DNA of 57,132 nt, filler included, from Ionaspis alba (Eukaryota): assembly GCA_964255285.1 (NCBI GenBank). It is 4 parts of 4 records of this genome, joined end to end, with 100 filler letters (N's around TTAATTAATTAA, not from the genome) between each part and the next. Parts side by side here need not be neighbours in the genome. Positions count along the whole stretch, not along the records: positions 1 to 14,238 come from CAXUUL010000430.1; positions 14,339 to 28,540 come from CAXUUL010000431.1; 2 more parts are not named here. One strand, 5' to 3'. Of this stretch, positions 11,922 to 25,434 are shown piece by piece (position 1 is the stretch's first letter; each line of letters begins with the position of its first letter). The notes under the pieces are model-generated. The model did no database searches. It was not told the origin of the DNA and saw nothing but the letters and a program-made list of their open reading frames with translations. The position numbers were made by a program, and so were the translations under genes.

Positions 11922-12779
11922 TCAGTTGATGATATTTGCGACCGCCATGCACGCTTTCCCCGCAGGCTGGCTCCGTTCCTCCCGTGGAGCGACTAATTCG
12001 CGACGGTCGTAGAAGCCCACAGCACTCGGACACGGATGCGCCATTTCGGGCGACACCGGATACCGTTCGCGGGAAACAGGACGCTTTCCCTCCACGCGCG
12101 GGGTAACGCTGACAGGGCCTTCTCGTAGATAAAGGTAAGGCGGTGACGGGTGCGGGATGTTGGGGGAGGGATGCGGAATATTGGGGGAGGAGGAATCGGT
12201 CATGAGGGAAGGAGGGTGGCCGTCGGAGAAGGGAGAGATCTGCGGGGCTGCGATCGGCTGCTCGCGCGAGAAGTTGAGGTCGAGCATCGAGGGGAGGGGT
12301 CGTTGCTGCGTGAGTAGCGAAGGGACGGGACTTTGCTGGGTACGGGATTGACGCCTGCGGGGCCGTTCCTCCTGCTGCTGTTGCCGCTTTGGCTGCCTGC
12401 CTGCCATGGCGGAGGCGGTTTCGGCACCGGCTTCCTCGAAGCCTCGCTTCTGGTTGGCACGCTCCAGTCGGTTCTTGCGTAGGTTGAACCAGTTCTTGAC
12501 CGAGTTGTCGCTGCGGCCGGGGAGCATCCGCGCGATCTGCGCCCAGCCTGGCCCGATGCTCCGGTGCATTTCAAGGATTAAAGCGGCTTCCTCTGGCCGT
12601 ATTGGCCCTTCTCGTAGGTCGGGGCGCAGGTTCTGGTGGTACCGTTCCCGGCACTGCTTCGCGTTCCGTGAGCCAACTTGGTCGGCGATCTTGACCCAGT
12701 TTCGGGGCTGGCCACCATTGAGGTAGATAAAGTGGCGGAGACGATTGTCTTCCTCTGCTGACCAGGATCCTTTGGCCAT
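11922..12779 (-). CDS. R2R3 Myb transcription factor, FlbD-like, intronless
   Basis: MAKGSWSAEED...NWVKIADQVGSRNAKQCRERYHQNLRP...PIRPEEA...WAQIARMLPGRSDNSVKNWFN. The RERYHQNL and PI-x-PEE substitutions are typical of FlbD. It ends in a C-terminal MAVANIIN motif. Confidence 0.9.
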   Translation of the reverse strand: MAKGSWSAEEDNRLRHFIYLNGGQPRNWVKIADQVGSRNAKQCRERYHQNLRPDLREGPIRPEEAALILEMHRSIGPGWAQIARMLPGRSDNSVKNWFNLRKNRLERANQKRGFEEAGAETASAMAGRQPKRQQQQEERPRRRQSRTQQSPVPSLLTQQRPLPSMLDLNFSREQPIAAPQISPFSDGHPPSLMTDSSSPNIPHPSPNIPHPSPPYLYLREGPVSVTPRVEGKRPVSRERYPVSPEMAHPCPSAVGFYDRRELVAPREERSQPAGKACMAVANIIN

Positions 12780-14238
12780 CTTGATTGGTGGTCTTATTGG
12801 TAGACTATGCGACGATAGATTGATTAGATAGTGTTCAGAATGATAGATGTTCAATATGTTTGGGGACCAGTGCGTGAGAATGACTTCTATGTGCGGAGGC
12901 GAACTCTTTGAAGATGATGCATATATAGGGAGATTTAGATAGTGCTAGATGGTGGCATATATGTTGGCAGAAGACACAGGGCAAGGAAACACATTGATGT
13001 ACTAAGGAAGAGTGCCAGACCATACTAAGTGTATGCGTGAAGGATGTGTGTCATGGCACGACAATGCAATATATGACTTACCAAAGATTGCTCTTTATGT
13101 GTTTTAGCGGAGGTTGCTGAAGAGATAACAGAAGTAGGTCTTCTTCACAGATACTATGCCTCAACGTACGTTAGTATCTGTCACGCTATTTGTAGATAGT
13201 TATCGTTGGAGGATGCTCATGAATCTCACACGATCAAACTGGTTCAAGGGCGCTGTACGCTGGAGGTTGCTAGAGCACGAATAAAGAAGAGGACTTACAC
13301 AAATCTTGGGATTTGCTAGTGCTTGTTGGATAAGATGAGGGAAGATGATGGAGAACAAGAGTAGAGGGTGGAGGCCGATTTATGTGCGTTTTCTGAGAGC
13401 ACTATCCAGCATCAAATCGGCGAGAAACACCGACACTGGTCCAAACCGAGATCTCGATAATCCGGTTCAATATCGATATCCACAGTAACTTAGAATTGTG
13501 GGACCATTGGCGTTGCTGAACGAGAGGCAACTCAAGACGACCAAGAAGAATATGTCGATAGCATGAACGGTGGTTGAGAGCAAATAGCGACCTTGGGTGA
13601 GAGAATTGGCACCAGGAGGGTACTATAAGGCTCGATGGGCCGTGGGGTCTGGGGCCGGGAATTGACAAGTAAGGTGGGGAGTAAGGCAGGAGCCACTTAA
13701 GAAGCTTAAAGCGATTTTTTGTACGTTGAACTCGAAGAGGGGCCTGATAAGAAGGTGTTGTTTTAAAGTTTTAGATCGACAAGAGACCGAGCCGTGGATG
13801 AGGAAGTCGTGAACCACAGAAAGGTAGGTCTTGGATTGTGGAGTGAGGACACACTCAGGAAAAAAAGTGACGGAACAATGCTGCGCTCTTTTTCCTAACG
13901 TTCACGAGCAGGCGACGACGATGAGAGGGAGGAAAGAAGAAGAATGATACGCCATTTTTTGGAGGGAGGGGTGGCAGAAGAGCAGGAAAGGTAGTGGTTA
14001 GGAACAGGCAAGCCTGGCGCCCGCTGACGAGGCTCAGATGAGAACATACAGACTATCTAGGAAAGAGGGACAGCGGCTCGTCGAGGAGCTAAACGCTTTG
14101 TGGCCGACGGGGAAGATGGAGGCGTCGATGAGGAATCGATCTTGGACCTCTTCTGGGAAGAAGGTCCGTTGGGTGAAAGCAATCTAGCCACCAAGGGACA
14201 GAACAGCATGACTCGGCCCTAGGGGGGGGGAGGGACGG

Positions 14239-14338
14239 NNNNNNNNNNNNNNNNNNNNNNNNNNNNNNNNNNNNNNNNNNNNTTAATTAATTAANNNNNN
14301 NNNNNNNNNNNNNNNNNNNNNNNNNNNNNNNNNNNNNN
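14239..14338. other. Artificial contig linker N44-TTAATTAATTAA-N44
   Basis: Six-frame stop 12-mer at 14283-14294, flanked by 44 N on each side. Confidence 0.97.
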
Positions 14339-14562
14339 ATGTGATCAAACTGTATTATGACCCTGCTGTTCATGTTCCTCAGATTCGTATAAGGGTCTGG
14401 AGGCCAAATATATGTTCGAACCCTAATTCTCTGGGGGGAGGGGCAGAAGAATAGTCTCGGTCACCTGATTGATTCTATTTTAACTTTCTGGCGACTTGAT
14501 TTGGCTTGTACAATATAGTACTATTTCTACAATGTATCACGACTGACAAGTCTTCCCCTCAG

Positions 14563-15298
14563 ATCGACCTACCCGTGAAGCAGCTCTCAACTCCTTGCGA
14601 ACCTTCCTCCTCTCCAATCGACAATTCGCAGACCTCGAACTGCTGAAGCTATGGAAAGGCCTCTTCTTCTGTAGATTACACAGCTCTCATTGGCATCACA
14701 CTCATCTAACACGTTTTTCCACAATCTAGGCATGTGGCACTCCGATCGGCCCATCCCTCAGCAACGTCTCGCTTTAACTCTATCGCATCTCCTCCTCCCC
14801 TTACCAGAGTCCCTGTTCCTTCCCTTTCTTACAGCTTTTTGGACGACTATCGCCCGTGAGTGGACATCGATTGATGCTCTCCGTCTCGACAAGTTCTTGC
14901 GTCTCGTCCGGTTTTACGTCAATGCTGCTTTCACTTACTTGGCCCAACGAGCATGGAGTATGGAGCTCTTGAAGGGCTATCTAGAGCTGATAGAACGGAT
15001 TCCACTTTCAGCTGTCAATGGGGGAGTGAGCGATGGATTAAGGTATCATGTACTGGATATCTGGGTTGATGAATTGGATGCCGTCGATGAAAAGAGAGAG
15101 TCCCCGGTTGAGGTGATCATGGGACCGGTTGAAAAGTTGAGGAAGGAGGGGAAGGGGAAGATGGCTAGGGAGCGGGCGAAGGAGTGTGCCGGGGATCAAC
15201 GGTTGATGGATTGGAGAGATAGTTCGATGAAGGATCAGGGCAAACGGGTAGAAAGTGGTGGGGACGACGACGACGAGTGGAACGGACTCGAAGATTGA
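14563..15298 (+). CDS. RRP1: rRNA processing protein RRP1/Nop52 (5' exon not found, probably off-contig)
   Basis: DRPTREAALNSLRTFL...LLKLWKGLFFC, then an intron at about 14671-14729, then MWHSDRPIPQQRLA...REWTSIDALRLDKFLRLVR. Confidence 0.9.
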
Positions 15299-15532
15299 GT
15301 GCGAATACAGTTTGACCACGTCGATCGAGGTGTAGTGTGGTGCTTAGGGATTGGGGACTGAGCTTGATATCCAGAAAGGGTAATGAGTGATAGCCATGAG
15401 ATATTGATTCAAATTCACACATGTTCGTGTACGCCAAACTTCCGCCCGGAACATGCAGCCCAAACGCCGAGCCAACTATCTAAGGTCGTGCAGTAAAAGC
15501 AAAGTTCAGACTACCAGTGGGTATCATGATTT

Positions 15533-17206
15533 TCAGATGCCATTTCCTCCCGAATCGCTATGCCCAGCCTGAGAGACTCCAGGACCCTCATATAAATGCC
15601 CACTTTTCGATAACACTGTTCCAAGACCACGATGGACTTCTGCTTGAAAGGGAGCGAATGGAAAGCTCTCGCCATCTATACTGATATACCCGGTCTTTTG
15701 ACCTTTAGGAATGATACGATAGCCAGAAATCTTGCGATACATGACATGCGACATATCAAAGAAGGTGTTGTTTTCGACAGCAAGGAGTGACTTAATGGCT
15801 GTCACTCGACCAATGTCGCCGTCAACAGTGACAAGATCGAGGCAGCCATCATTGGGTAGCGCAGCTGGGAAGAATGGGGCATCGGGGGCCATATAAACCA
15901 TGTTTCCCGCATAGAAGTTTCCGAGCTTGTCGTATGGAACCAAAGTCCACCCTGCCGGAAGACTATCACCAGCAGAACCGTAGCGCAGGCTAGGTAGCCC
16001 GTCATCATCTCCTGATACGGAGGACTCCGGACCTCCTGGTACTCTTCGACGCTCTTCCATTGACGAACGAGGGCTTGATCGCGCCAGATACTGATCCCTG
16101 ATCCCGGCTTTAGTACCAATCTCGACTTTCACTGCGATATCGCAAGGATAGATGGTCTTCCTCAGCAGTCTGACCAAGAATCCGTACGTAAATCTCGCAC
16201 TACCCAGCCACCGAATGTGCTCTGTACCGAGATCAGTTTCAGCCACAATCCCAACAGACTGGGACAAGAAGGAGAGCGTTCGTCTGTCCCCTTGAGTGAT
16301 TGACGTTAGGTCCATAGGCGTTCGAATCCCTTTGACCACACATAAGGCGGCGAGACTCGTGCTGTCCGTACCATTGAGACTCCAACTCATAGCATTCCCG
16401 GTGCCACAAGGTAGCTGAGCAACAGCAATCTTCGACAGTGCTATTTTAGCATCTCGCTTTCTACCTAGCCCATTGAAGACCTCATGTGGTAGTCCGTCTC
16501 CTGAGCACGTAGCTATAACATCGTACAGACCAGTATCTAGCTTCTCCGCGATTTCCATGGCATGCCCTTGGAACTGTGTTCGCTCAACGTCGACCATACA
16601 TCTTGCCGCTGTAAATATTGGCTCAATGTCTCGAGTGTACCATTTCTGAGCCTTTCCTTGGCCGCCAAAAGGATTTATCAAAATCTTGATGCGCTTGTTG
16701 CGTTGAGCCTCACCATAAGCACGGTCGAGTAAGCGGGCGATCCATGCTGTAACATGCCGCTGATACGGCTTGTCGACTAAGTATTCAATGACGGCAACTC
16801 GCACAACGTTCTTAGACGTTGGTTGTGCATAGTGAACGGTTACACCGAACTTGGAGAGCTCTGCCCACAGAATGTTGAAGAAGGGTATAGCTTTCGTGGT
16901 CTTCGACTCTAGGTAATGTCAGCATGCTGTTCAAAGAGTATAGCAGCCGGATACTTACCACTTCGGATGATACCACAGCAGTTGCTGGTTTCTCGACTTG
17001 TGAAGCCCTCATCTTTATCTATTAGCATAAGAAACGTCAGACATTCGGCAGATAAGTCTACCGAGAACAATCAACGAGTCGGTGCCTAGAGTGAGAGACG
17101 CATTGCGGCCAACAATCAAAGTAGCTTCTTGTGTGGAATCATGCTGCTCTAAAGCAAGACTTGGGTCCGCAAAGGGATTACTCTCAATTTGGTCACCGGA
17201 ACTCAT
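15533..17206 (-). CDS. LCB4: Sphingoid long-chain base kinase (LCB4/LCB5 family, DAGK catalytic domain)
   Basis: ILINPFGGQGKA, CSGDGLPHEVFNGL, LPCGTGNAM and YISIDGE motifs. Start MSSGDQ at 17206 with two 5' introns. Confidence 0.93.
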
Positions 17207-17482
17207 AGTAATACACTGTAGATAGCATAACGAGGGTGGGGGTGGCCAGAAAGAACGAGCTGACCGGAGGATCGTTGGATTCAATCCGTCCAAACAGCTC
17301 TCGGACGAGCATATCTTGGCACTAACCCTGGATCGGCACCATTTTCGCCGACGCATTTTCCGAATTTGGCTACCAAAACTAAGTCGATATATTTACACCA
17401 AAAATCCTTACTGCACCAGGCTCATGATCCACGCAATTCGGAGAGGCATTGACCATGAATTCACAAGGCCAGTGAAAAGGTT

Positions 17483-20400
17483 ATGGAACTGCCTGTGTTC
17501 AACACGGACGCTCTATCGAGCTTGACACAGAAAATCGAGAGCAGTTTCAAAAAGCCCAACCCTGGAGCTTCGAAGCCAATCACCAAAACTAAGGATCAAT
17601 CGGTCGCGAAGGGAACGAACACCAACGGCTCCTTGTCATTGGTCAATAATGAAAAGGAGTCCAAGGGAAAGAAGCGATTGCGGAACGGGCATTTGAAAGA
17701 CCAACGTTCTGAACCCTTGCAGGCAAATCGAACAAATAGAGGCGGAGAACATACTGCAGCGCCTGTTAAGTCCTTCACAAAATCCGCGAACCCAAAAAGT
17801 GATAGGATCAAGGTATCAGGGGTTTCTGTTCCGACGAAGTCTGCGGGCAATCTCGCAAAACCAGTGCTGCAAAGGCCGAATCTTGAGCATAAAGGGCGAC
17901 GAATACCAATATCCAACGACAGCGGACGAAATGGAACCAATTCTTTGCATCAACTGTCCAGCAAGGGATCGAAGAGCATCGAATACCTGAAGAACGAGGT
18001 ATTTGCCCTTGGAGGCACGGAGGAGGATCTTGCCCTCGTTGAAGAGGTAGAATCAGGCTCGGAAGTTGAGGGCACCAGCTCCAAAATTACGCATGGCCTC
18101 CTAAAACACGACATACAACGCTTCGTGAAAGACCTCGGGATACAGAAAGCAGGTGTGCTAGAAGAAGATACCACTTCCGACGAAGGAGAAGAAGCTGAAC
18201 AAGGGAATGAGGAAGATTTATCTAATCCCAACCAAATCGTGATACAACCTAGGAAACTTACCGATAGAAAAGCTCACGATCCGGCACGAGGTGCAAGTTA
18301 CCTTGTTTTTGAGCCACTGTCAGAATGGCATGCTGCTCAACTACCATCTATACCAAATCCTAGTCATCCGTCTTCAGGAGCGGCAGATGAAATCTTCGGT
18401 CGTATACATGAACATGCTAAGCATCTGCTCGAGGAGAACAATCATCAATATGCTCTACAGAACAGATCCTCATCATCCGCCCACCAGTTCTACTCGACAA
18501 TCATGTCGTCTGGGACACTATCGGATAAGATCTCCGCCTTGACACTTTCCGTACAAGAGTCTCCAGTGCACAACATGAAGGCGCTTGAGACTCTAATCGG
18601 CCTAGCTAAGAAACGCAGTCGTACCCAGGCAGTGGAAGTGCTCGGAGCGTTGAAAGATCTATTCGGCCAAGGGTCTCTTCTACCGTCTGACCGAAGACTA
18701 AGAGCATTTCGAGCCCAGCCCGGTCTTTCTAGTATCTCTACCAAGACATACAAGAAGTGGGAGCCTGGCCAATCTCTTCCTCCACCGCTCGAGAAGGGGC
18801 ATCTAATCTCTTGGGCTTACGAGGATTGGCTGAAAACAACCTATTTTGAAATCCTCAAGATCTTAGAAACGTGGTGCAATGATGAGATAGCCTTTGCAAG
18901 AGGGAAAGCTGTTGACTACGTCTACGAGCTGCTCCGAGACAAGCCGGAGCAGGAAGCGAATCTCCTCCGATTGCTAGTCAACAAATTGGGCGACTCTGAC
19001 AAGAAGATCGCCTCTAAGACTTCATACAATATCGTTCAACTGGAGACATCTCATCCTCTCATGAAGCCAACCATTATTGATGCCATTGAGTCAGATGTGC
19101 TTTTCCGGCCCGGTCAGAGCATGCATGCTAAGTATTACGCGGTCATCACCCTCAACCAAACGGTGCTGAGCGGAAAAGAGGAGGCTGTGGCTAGAAAAGC
19201 ATTGGATATATATTTCAGCCTCTTCATCACTTTGCTGGCGAAGCCAGAACCCTCAAAGCCCTCATTGTCTTCAGCCAATGGGGTCACGTACAACAAGAAA
19301 GGGGAAAAGCAAGGAGGAGGAGGCGCTGCTGGCAAGAAGGCACAGAAGAAGCTTGAAAAACAAGCCAAGAATTTTACCGTCGACGAAGAACTCCGCGAGA
19401 AGATGCTGTCCGCGGTTCTGACAGGTGTAAATCGAGCCATTCCATATACAAAAGCCGACGACGAGTTCTTTGAGAAACACCTTGACACCTTATTCAGAGT
19501 TACGCATTCGTCAAATCTGAATACAAGCATTCAAGCTCTGATGCTTATTCAACAACTTTGCGGATCGCATCCAGCTGCTTCCGATAGGTTCTACAGAACG
19601 CTGTACGAATCACTTCTCGATCCTAGGTTATTGACATCTTCGAAACATGCCATGTATTTGAATCTCTTGTATCGAGCTCTGAGAGCGGATCTAAAGGTCA
19701 AGAGAGTGCAAGCATTTGCGAAGCGGTTGCTCCAGGTAGTGGCAATGCACCAACCTCCCTTCGTTTGTGGCGTGATCTACCTGCTCCGAGAGCTAGAAGG
19801 CGTCTTTACCAATCTCCAAGCTTTTGTCGACCAACCCGAAGAGGAAGACAGCGATGACGAGGAGGACTTCCGCGACGTTGGAGAGGATGGGGAGATGGAG
19901 CGACCTGCGAGAGCTATCGCAATCCAAACAGCGAAGCTAAAAGGTACTCCAAGATACGACGGAAGGAAGCGCGAGCCAGAATACAGCAATGCTGAAAGGA
20001 GCTGTCTATGGGAGCTTGTAAGAGGATAAATCTGTTTCTGAATACGAAGGAGTTGCTAACCGCTCATCCAGGACCCGTTCCTCAAACACTTCCATCCATC
20101 AGTTGGGTTGTTCGCCTCGAAACTCATGAACCATGCGCCGATGCCAGAAAAGCCAGATCTAGCTTCTCACTCGCTCATCCATTTCCTCGATCGCTTCGTC
20201 TATCGAAACCCAAAGAAAGCTGCTGCCGGTCTACGTGGTGCTTCTATCATGCAACCTCTGGCAGGAGGAGACGCGAGTGCCCTTCTCGTATCAGCTCAAG
20301 GCAAGAAAGGCATGTTGGCACCGGTCAATACCGAAGCTTTCTGGCGGATGGAGAGTAACAAGGTCAATCCTGATGAGGTTTTCTTCCATCGATATTTCAA

Positions 20401-20899
20401 CACTATGGGCAGAGGTAAGGGGAAGAAAGCGGATAAGAAGGAGAAAACTGCCCAAGGGAGCGAGGCTGATGACGGAGAGGACGAAGAAGAGATTTGGAAA
20501 GCACTTGTGGATTCACGGCCGCAGCTCGAAGCTAGTGAGAGTGGTGATGATGTGGATATGGATGACCTTGAAAGTGCAATTGGAGGGAGCAATGGAGGCA
20601 TCAGCGGCGATGAAGCGGATGACTCTGAAGGAGTTGTCATTGACAGTGGAGACGGTGATGATGAAAGCATGGACTTTGACGACGATGACGAAGCGCTTCT
20701 GGGCAGTGACGACGAGGTCCCTAGTGATCTTGATGGGCCTTTCAAGAACGAGTTGCAGTTTGTGACTGGTATGAAAAACGGTGGTCCTGTCCCAGAGAAG
20801 CCACGGGAGAAACGGAGAAGACTCAAGAATCTGCCGACCTTTGCCTCGGCCGAGGATTACGCTGCTATGCTGGCTGGTAGCGATCAGGAAGAGACCTAG
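17483..20899 (+). CDS. MAK21: Ribosome biogenesis protein MAK21/NOC1 (CBF/Mak21 family)
   Basis: SGTLSDKISALTL, KPEQEANLLRLLVNKLGD, DRFYRTLYESLLDPRL, YDGRKREP...SCLWEL, an intron at about 20018-20070, then FLDRFVYRNPK and LPTFASAEDYA. Confidence 0.95.
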
Positions 20900-21397
20900 G
20901 TACAAGGGCATTGACCCAGAAACTGAAAATCCTTCGCTAGTCCTCGATCCCGAAGCTCGTCCATCCTTCCCATGCAGACCGGGACCGATGCGCCTATGTG
21001 ACCTTCACGTTGTGAATAGCATAAACAGGCGAATTTTGTGTTCGAATCGTTATCCGGTCCAAATAGGGGTGCGCTTGAATGTCGATGACTAGTATAGTGG
21101 TGCGAATCATCATCATTATCAGAGCAAGAATTCACGACCAGCTTAGTGGGATAGAAAACATTGTGGGAAGAGTGATTATCACAACTAGCATAATGTGCCC
21201 TCAGTAGCGGGTTCTGACCCGCACAATACTCGACCCTAATTCAAGTCAACCAACTCTTCGCTAACCGCTGAACCGAGGCTACTTGCTAGCACCCGATTCA
21301 ATGCCGGAGGAACTTTCACCGCCGTCACCGTACGTAAAGTCAAGATAGACGTTGCAAATGACGAGTTAGAGCTTATGGCTCTTGCCAGAAGGCATCA

Positions 21398-22423
21398 ATG
21401 CTTCCACTTCGCTATTCCCTCAGGAGTTTCTTCCTCCCCCGAGAGCTTCTTCCTAGATTTCGTTCCGCCTTCTTTTCTCACAGTATATCCCCAAAACTCC
21501 CAACCGTCTCGACCCTCAAGCAATATAGTACCACCCCAGGTTTGCGCCCCTCAGCTCCAATGGGGCCATTGCGCTATAATTTCGACCAGCTCGAACTAAT
21601 GGCTTTGACACTTAGTTTCTAGCATAACGGTCGATATTCCGCATTCGAAACTCCGCCGCTTCATCTCCTTCTGCGCCATCTCCATCGTCTTCACAACTAC
21701 AGGCTTCCTCATGGCCGCCGCACCTGCAATTCCCGCCATAAATGGCATCCTCACACCTGCTACAGATGCGGAATCTCTTACTCTATTCTCCCCGTCAGAT
21801 GATCGCACTGCCGAGATAGACGACTTCATAAAAAACCATCCCGTCGCTCAGTCACTACGTCAAGACCCACGCTTCCAAGAGTCTCGTCCCCATATGAAGA
21901 TTCCGGAAGGTGCTCGAGCACATAACCTTACTGGCGGGACGTTGACAGGGCCGGGCAAGATCTGGGTGCCGCCACTCTCTTTTGGCGAGGAGGGTGGAAA
22001 ATCAATGACCATTCTATATTATCTGGGTAAAGACCTATGCGGACATCCAGGCATAATACATGGGGGCCTACTGGCTACGATATTGGATGAGGGAATGGCA
22101 AGGTGCTGTTTCGCGGCTCTGCCAAATAAGGTCGGCATGACAGCCAGTTTGACAATGGATTATCGGGCTCCACTTGCGAGTAACAGCTATGTTTGTTTGA
22201 AGGCTACGACTACGAAAGTTGAAGGAAGAAAGGCCTGGGTTGAGGGGAGGATCGAGAGCTTGGTCGAGGAGGGAGAAACGCCGAAGATTTTTGTCGAGGC
22301 GAAAGCTTTGTTCGTGGAGCCGAAGCAGGCGGCGGTAAGTACTTCTGAAGTTGCGAGGACAGCATGGGCATGGCTAATGGAATTTAGACAATGGCAAGAT
22401 TATATCCGGCCGTTCAGGGCTAG
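21398..22423 (+). CDS. Mitochondrial hotdog-fold (PaaI/THEM4-like) thioesterase, 3 exons
   Basis: LCGHPGIIHGGLLATILDEGMARC signature and an Arg/Ser/Leu-rich presequence-like N-terminus. Introns at about 21540-21615 and 22335-22387. Confidence 0.85.
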
Positions 22424-23008
22424 AAAAGAAGAGATAGAGATAGAGAATAGGTCTCGGCAAATAGATGAATGATAGACCAAGGCNNNNNNNNNNNNNNNNN
22501 NNNNNNNNNNNNNNNNNNNNNNNNNNNNNNNNNNNNNNNNNNNNNNNNNNNNNNNNNNNNNNNNNNNNNNNNNNNNNNNNNNNAAGAGATAGAGATAGAG
22601 AATAGGTCTCGGCAAATAGATGAATGATAGACCAAGGCGGATTCTAGCATCGCTGGAAACCAATTCAAGACCTATTATAGATGATCGCAGTTCATGAAAG
22701 ATCTCTCTCCGAACCGTGCTTCACCACAGAAGACGCCTGGTCCGTGTTTCTTTCACAATCGACTCACTGGTCTGACCTGATAGATGTGGATGGAAGGCCT
22801 GTCAAATTAATATACACAAACATATCTACACCCAAGTCATTCTTTGGATCCAACAATCCTATTATCTAGCCTGGTGGGGTTAGAGCATTTTCTACGCCGA
22901 GCCCCGCGGTCCAAAGACCGAGGAGGGCTTGGCATGACTCATTCCGCCCGCGGTATACCTCCGCACTCTCTCTTATCGACTTAAACCCCTTCTACGACCT
23001 CAAGAGAG

Positions 23009-25434
23009 ATGAACAACCATGGATCTGATATCCAGACACCAGAAAATGATAGGCAAGGGCAGTCAAAGAGGAAAAGTGACGAAGGTTCGGCACATACCAG
23101 AGCAAAACGGAATCGTTACACACCTGTTGCGTGGTGAGTATACGTCGTTCTAGTATTGTATGCGTTGACTAAAGTGGAATCTACCATAGTAATGAGTGTA
23201 AGAGGAGAAAGATAAAGTGTAACGGAGAAACGCCATGCCAACGCTGTGGGAATCTTTCCCTCAACTGTGTATATGCACCCAATTGCTGTAGCAATGGCTT
23301 CAAGGACTCCGAGTAGGTACTCGAAGACCATCCATTGTTGCCCACTAACATTGCCTCAGCGAGTTCCAGCAGATGGAGGCGCATCTGCAATTCCTACAAC
23401 GACAAGTTGATGATCTATATGCTAGCGTGAATGCTCTGCATAGTAGATCAAATAGTACTCCACATCTAAACTCTGCGCCTTATGCTCAGCATCAAGGCTC
23501 TGCCCGTTCCAATTCTCAAGCTTCTTTCCAAAGTGTAGCATCTCCTTCCAGTACACGAGCGAAGGTGATGCATTACAAAGGACCTACCAGCTCTGCTTTC
23601 AATTTTGATGTCGCCAATTCGAGCCTACAGACAATGGGGATCACCCAGCCAGACTATCCAATCGATGAAGCGTTGACTCTACCGGAAGAGCCTTCTATCA
23701 CGTCTCCCACGCCCAGTCGAGTACCTACTGCCCAGATGGCGAAGGTTTGTACGGAAGATCCATTATGGTCTCTTACCAGGGAAGAAGCAATCCGTCTTTG
23801 CCGCCTCTATGACGAGGAAATGGGAATGATGTATCCCATGATCGATATTGAGAAGACCATTAAGAAGGCAAACCGCCTCTTTCAATTCATGGAATCTGCC
23901 AAACGCACTGGACTTCTCAATGATCAAAGAGAACGGGGAGACTCCTTTAGTGATAGCGACTCGAATATATTGAAAATGGTTTTGGCGGCAGCATTGACCG
24001 TGGAGGGAGGTGGGCAGAGTGAGTTGGGTCGTCGATTCTTCATGAGTGCCCGAAGCTCGTTGGAATTTGCAATGTGGCAATCTGTTGATATTAAAGGACT
24101 TATAGTGCTTGTCATCATAGTTAGACAATTTGGAACAGCCTTCGGTAGGAGCAGACTGACAAATGTTGCAGGCACAATATCATTTCCATCTGGACGAAGA
24201 GACACAAGCTTATATCACAATTGGCTTAGCTGCGCGGATGTGTTTTGAGATGGGTCTTCATCGTCGTGACGCACTCGTGAAGTTGTTCCGATCTAAGGAA
24301 GACTGGATCTGGGCGGTCAGACTCTTTTGGTGTGTATATGTTCTAGATCGACGATGGAGCTTTGGTACAGGAATGCCGTTCGCCATACAGGATGCAGATA
24401 TCGATCCGATGCTGCCACAGCCAGTAAGATCGCCTTGTGCCGATATTGTGAATACGACTGATTTCGAGAAATTATAGGACGAAGGGGCACCTTATCTAGC
24501 AGCCATGGTACTATATAGTCGGATATCATCCAAGGTCTGGCGCTCAGTGGCGGGGCTAGACAGTACAGTCCCTGAGATCAAGGAAGACGAGTTGGGATAT
24601 CTCGATTATCAAATTCAGCAATGGCAAAGTGCCATTCCGCCCCAGCTGCAGTTCCAGCATTCCGACAATTCTCTGGATCAGGAAGGCCTTAGTCGAGCAA
24701 TGCGCCGTCTTCGAATCCTACTCTACCTCCGCGCAAATCAAATGCGAATATTGATCTTCCGACCAGTCCTTCAATCTGCCACAAATATCATGGAGTATCG
24801 AGGACATGCTCAAAGAGCTGTTGAAGTCGCAAAGGATACTATCAGGGTCCTGACTGCCCTGAATCAAACTTCAGACATATATCGGACTCAGCAGGTCTGC
24901 TTCAACTATTTTCTGATCTCAGCACTCGCTGTACTATTTCTGGCGGTCTCTCACACTCCTGTGGAGTTCAACCGCCAAGTTCGAGACGAGTTCTACATGG
25001 CCCTTGATCTGGTCAAGGGTTTCAGTACCAAATCCTACATATCTCAGCGTCTATGGCGGACCATCAGGGGTCTGAAAGAAATTGGACCGAAACTTGGCCT
25101 TGTCTCTCGACAAGCTATGCAGGATGACAACGACCCTCACTCTTCTGCAGCAGTGGCTATGGCAGGGCTAGCAGGGCATCGAATGGATGATCTGACCGTG
25201 CCGCAAAACTCGTTGGGAAACAGTCCTATGAATGGACAGCAGATGAGCTATGAGTTGACGAATCTTTTCGAAGCGATGGGGGCATATGGTTCGATGTTGC
25301 CCCCTGATGGATCGGCAGAAGGTATGACTGGATTTGTGGGAACACCAGCAGACCTGCCTACGGGGACAGATGGTATTTCTGCAATGTACGGGAATGAAGA
25401 GGCATTTTCAAGGATTATGAGGGATTGCTTTTGA
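23009..25434 (+). CDS. Zn(II)2Cys6 fungal-specific transcription factor
   Basis: Spliced AC|NECKRRKIKCNGETPCQRCGNLSLNCVY binuclear cluster and a Fungal_trans region (MGLHRR...RLFWCVYVLDRRWSFGTGMPF). Four introns. Confidence 0.93.

Noticed and set aside
14283..14294. TTAATTAATTAA as a biological palindrome or homeodomain site
   Set aside because: It occurs three times, each time centred in 88 N, and is a six-frame-stop assembly linker.
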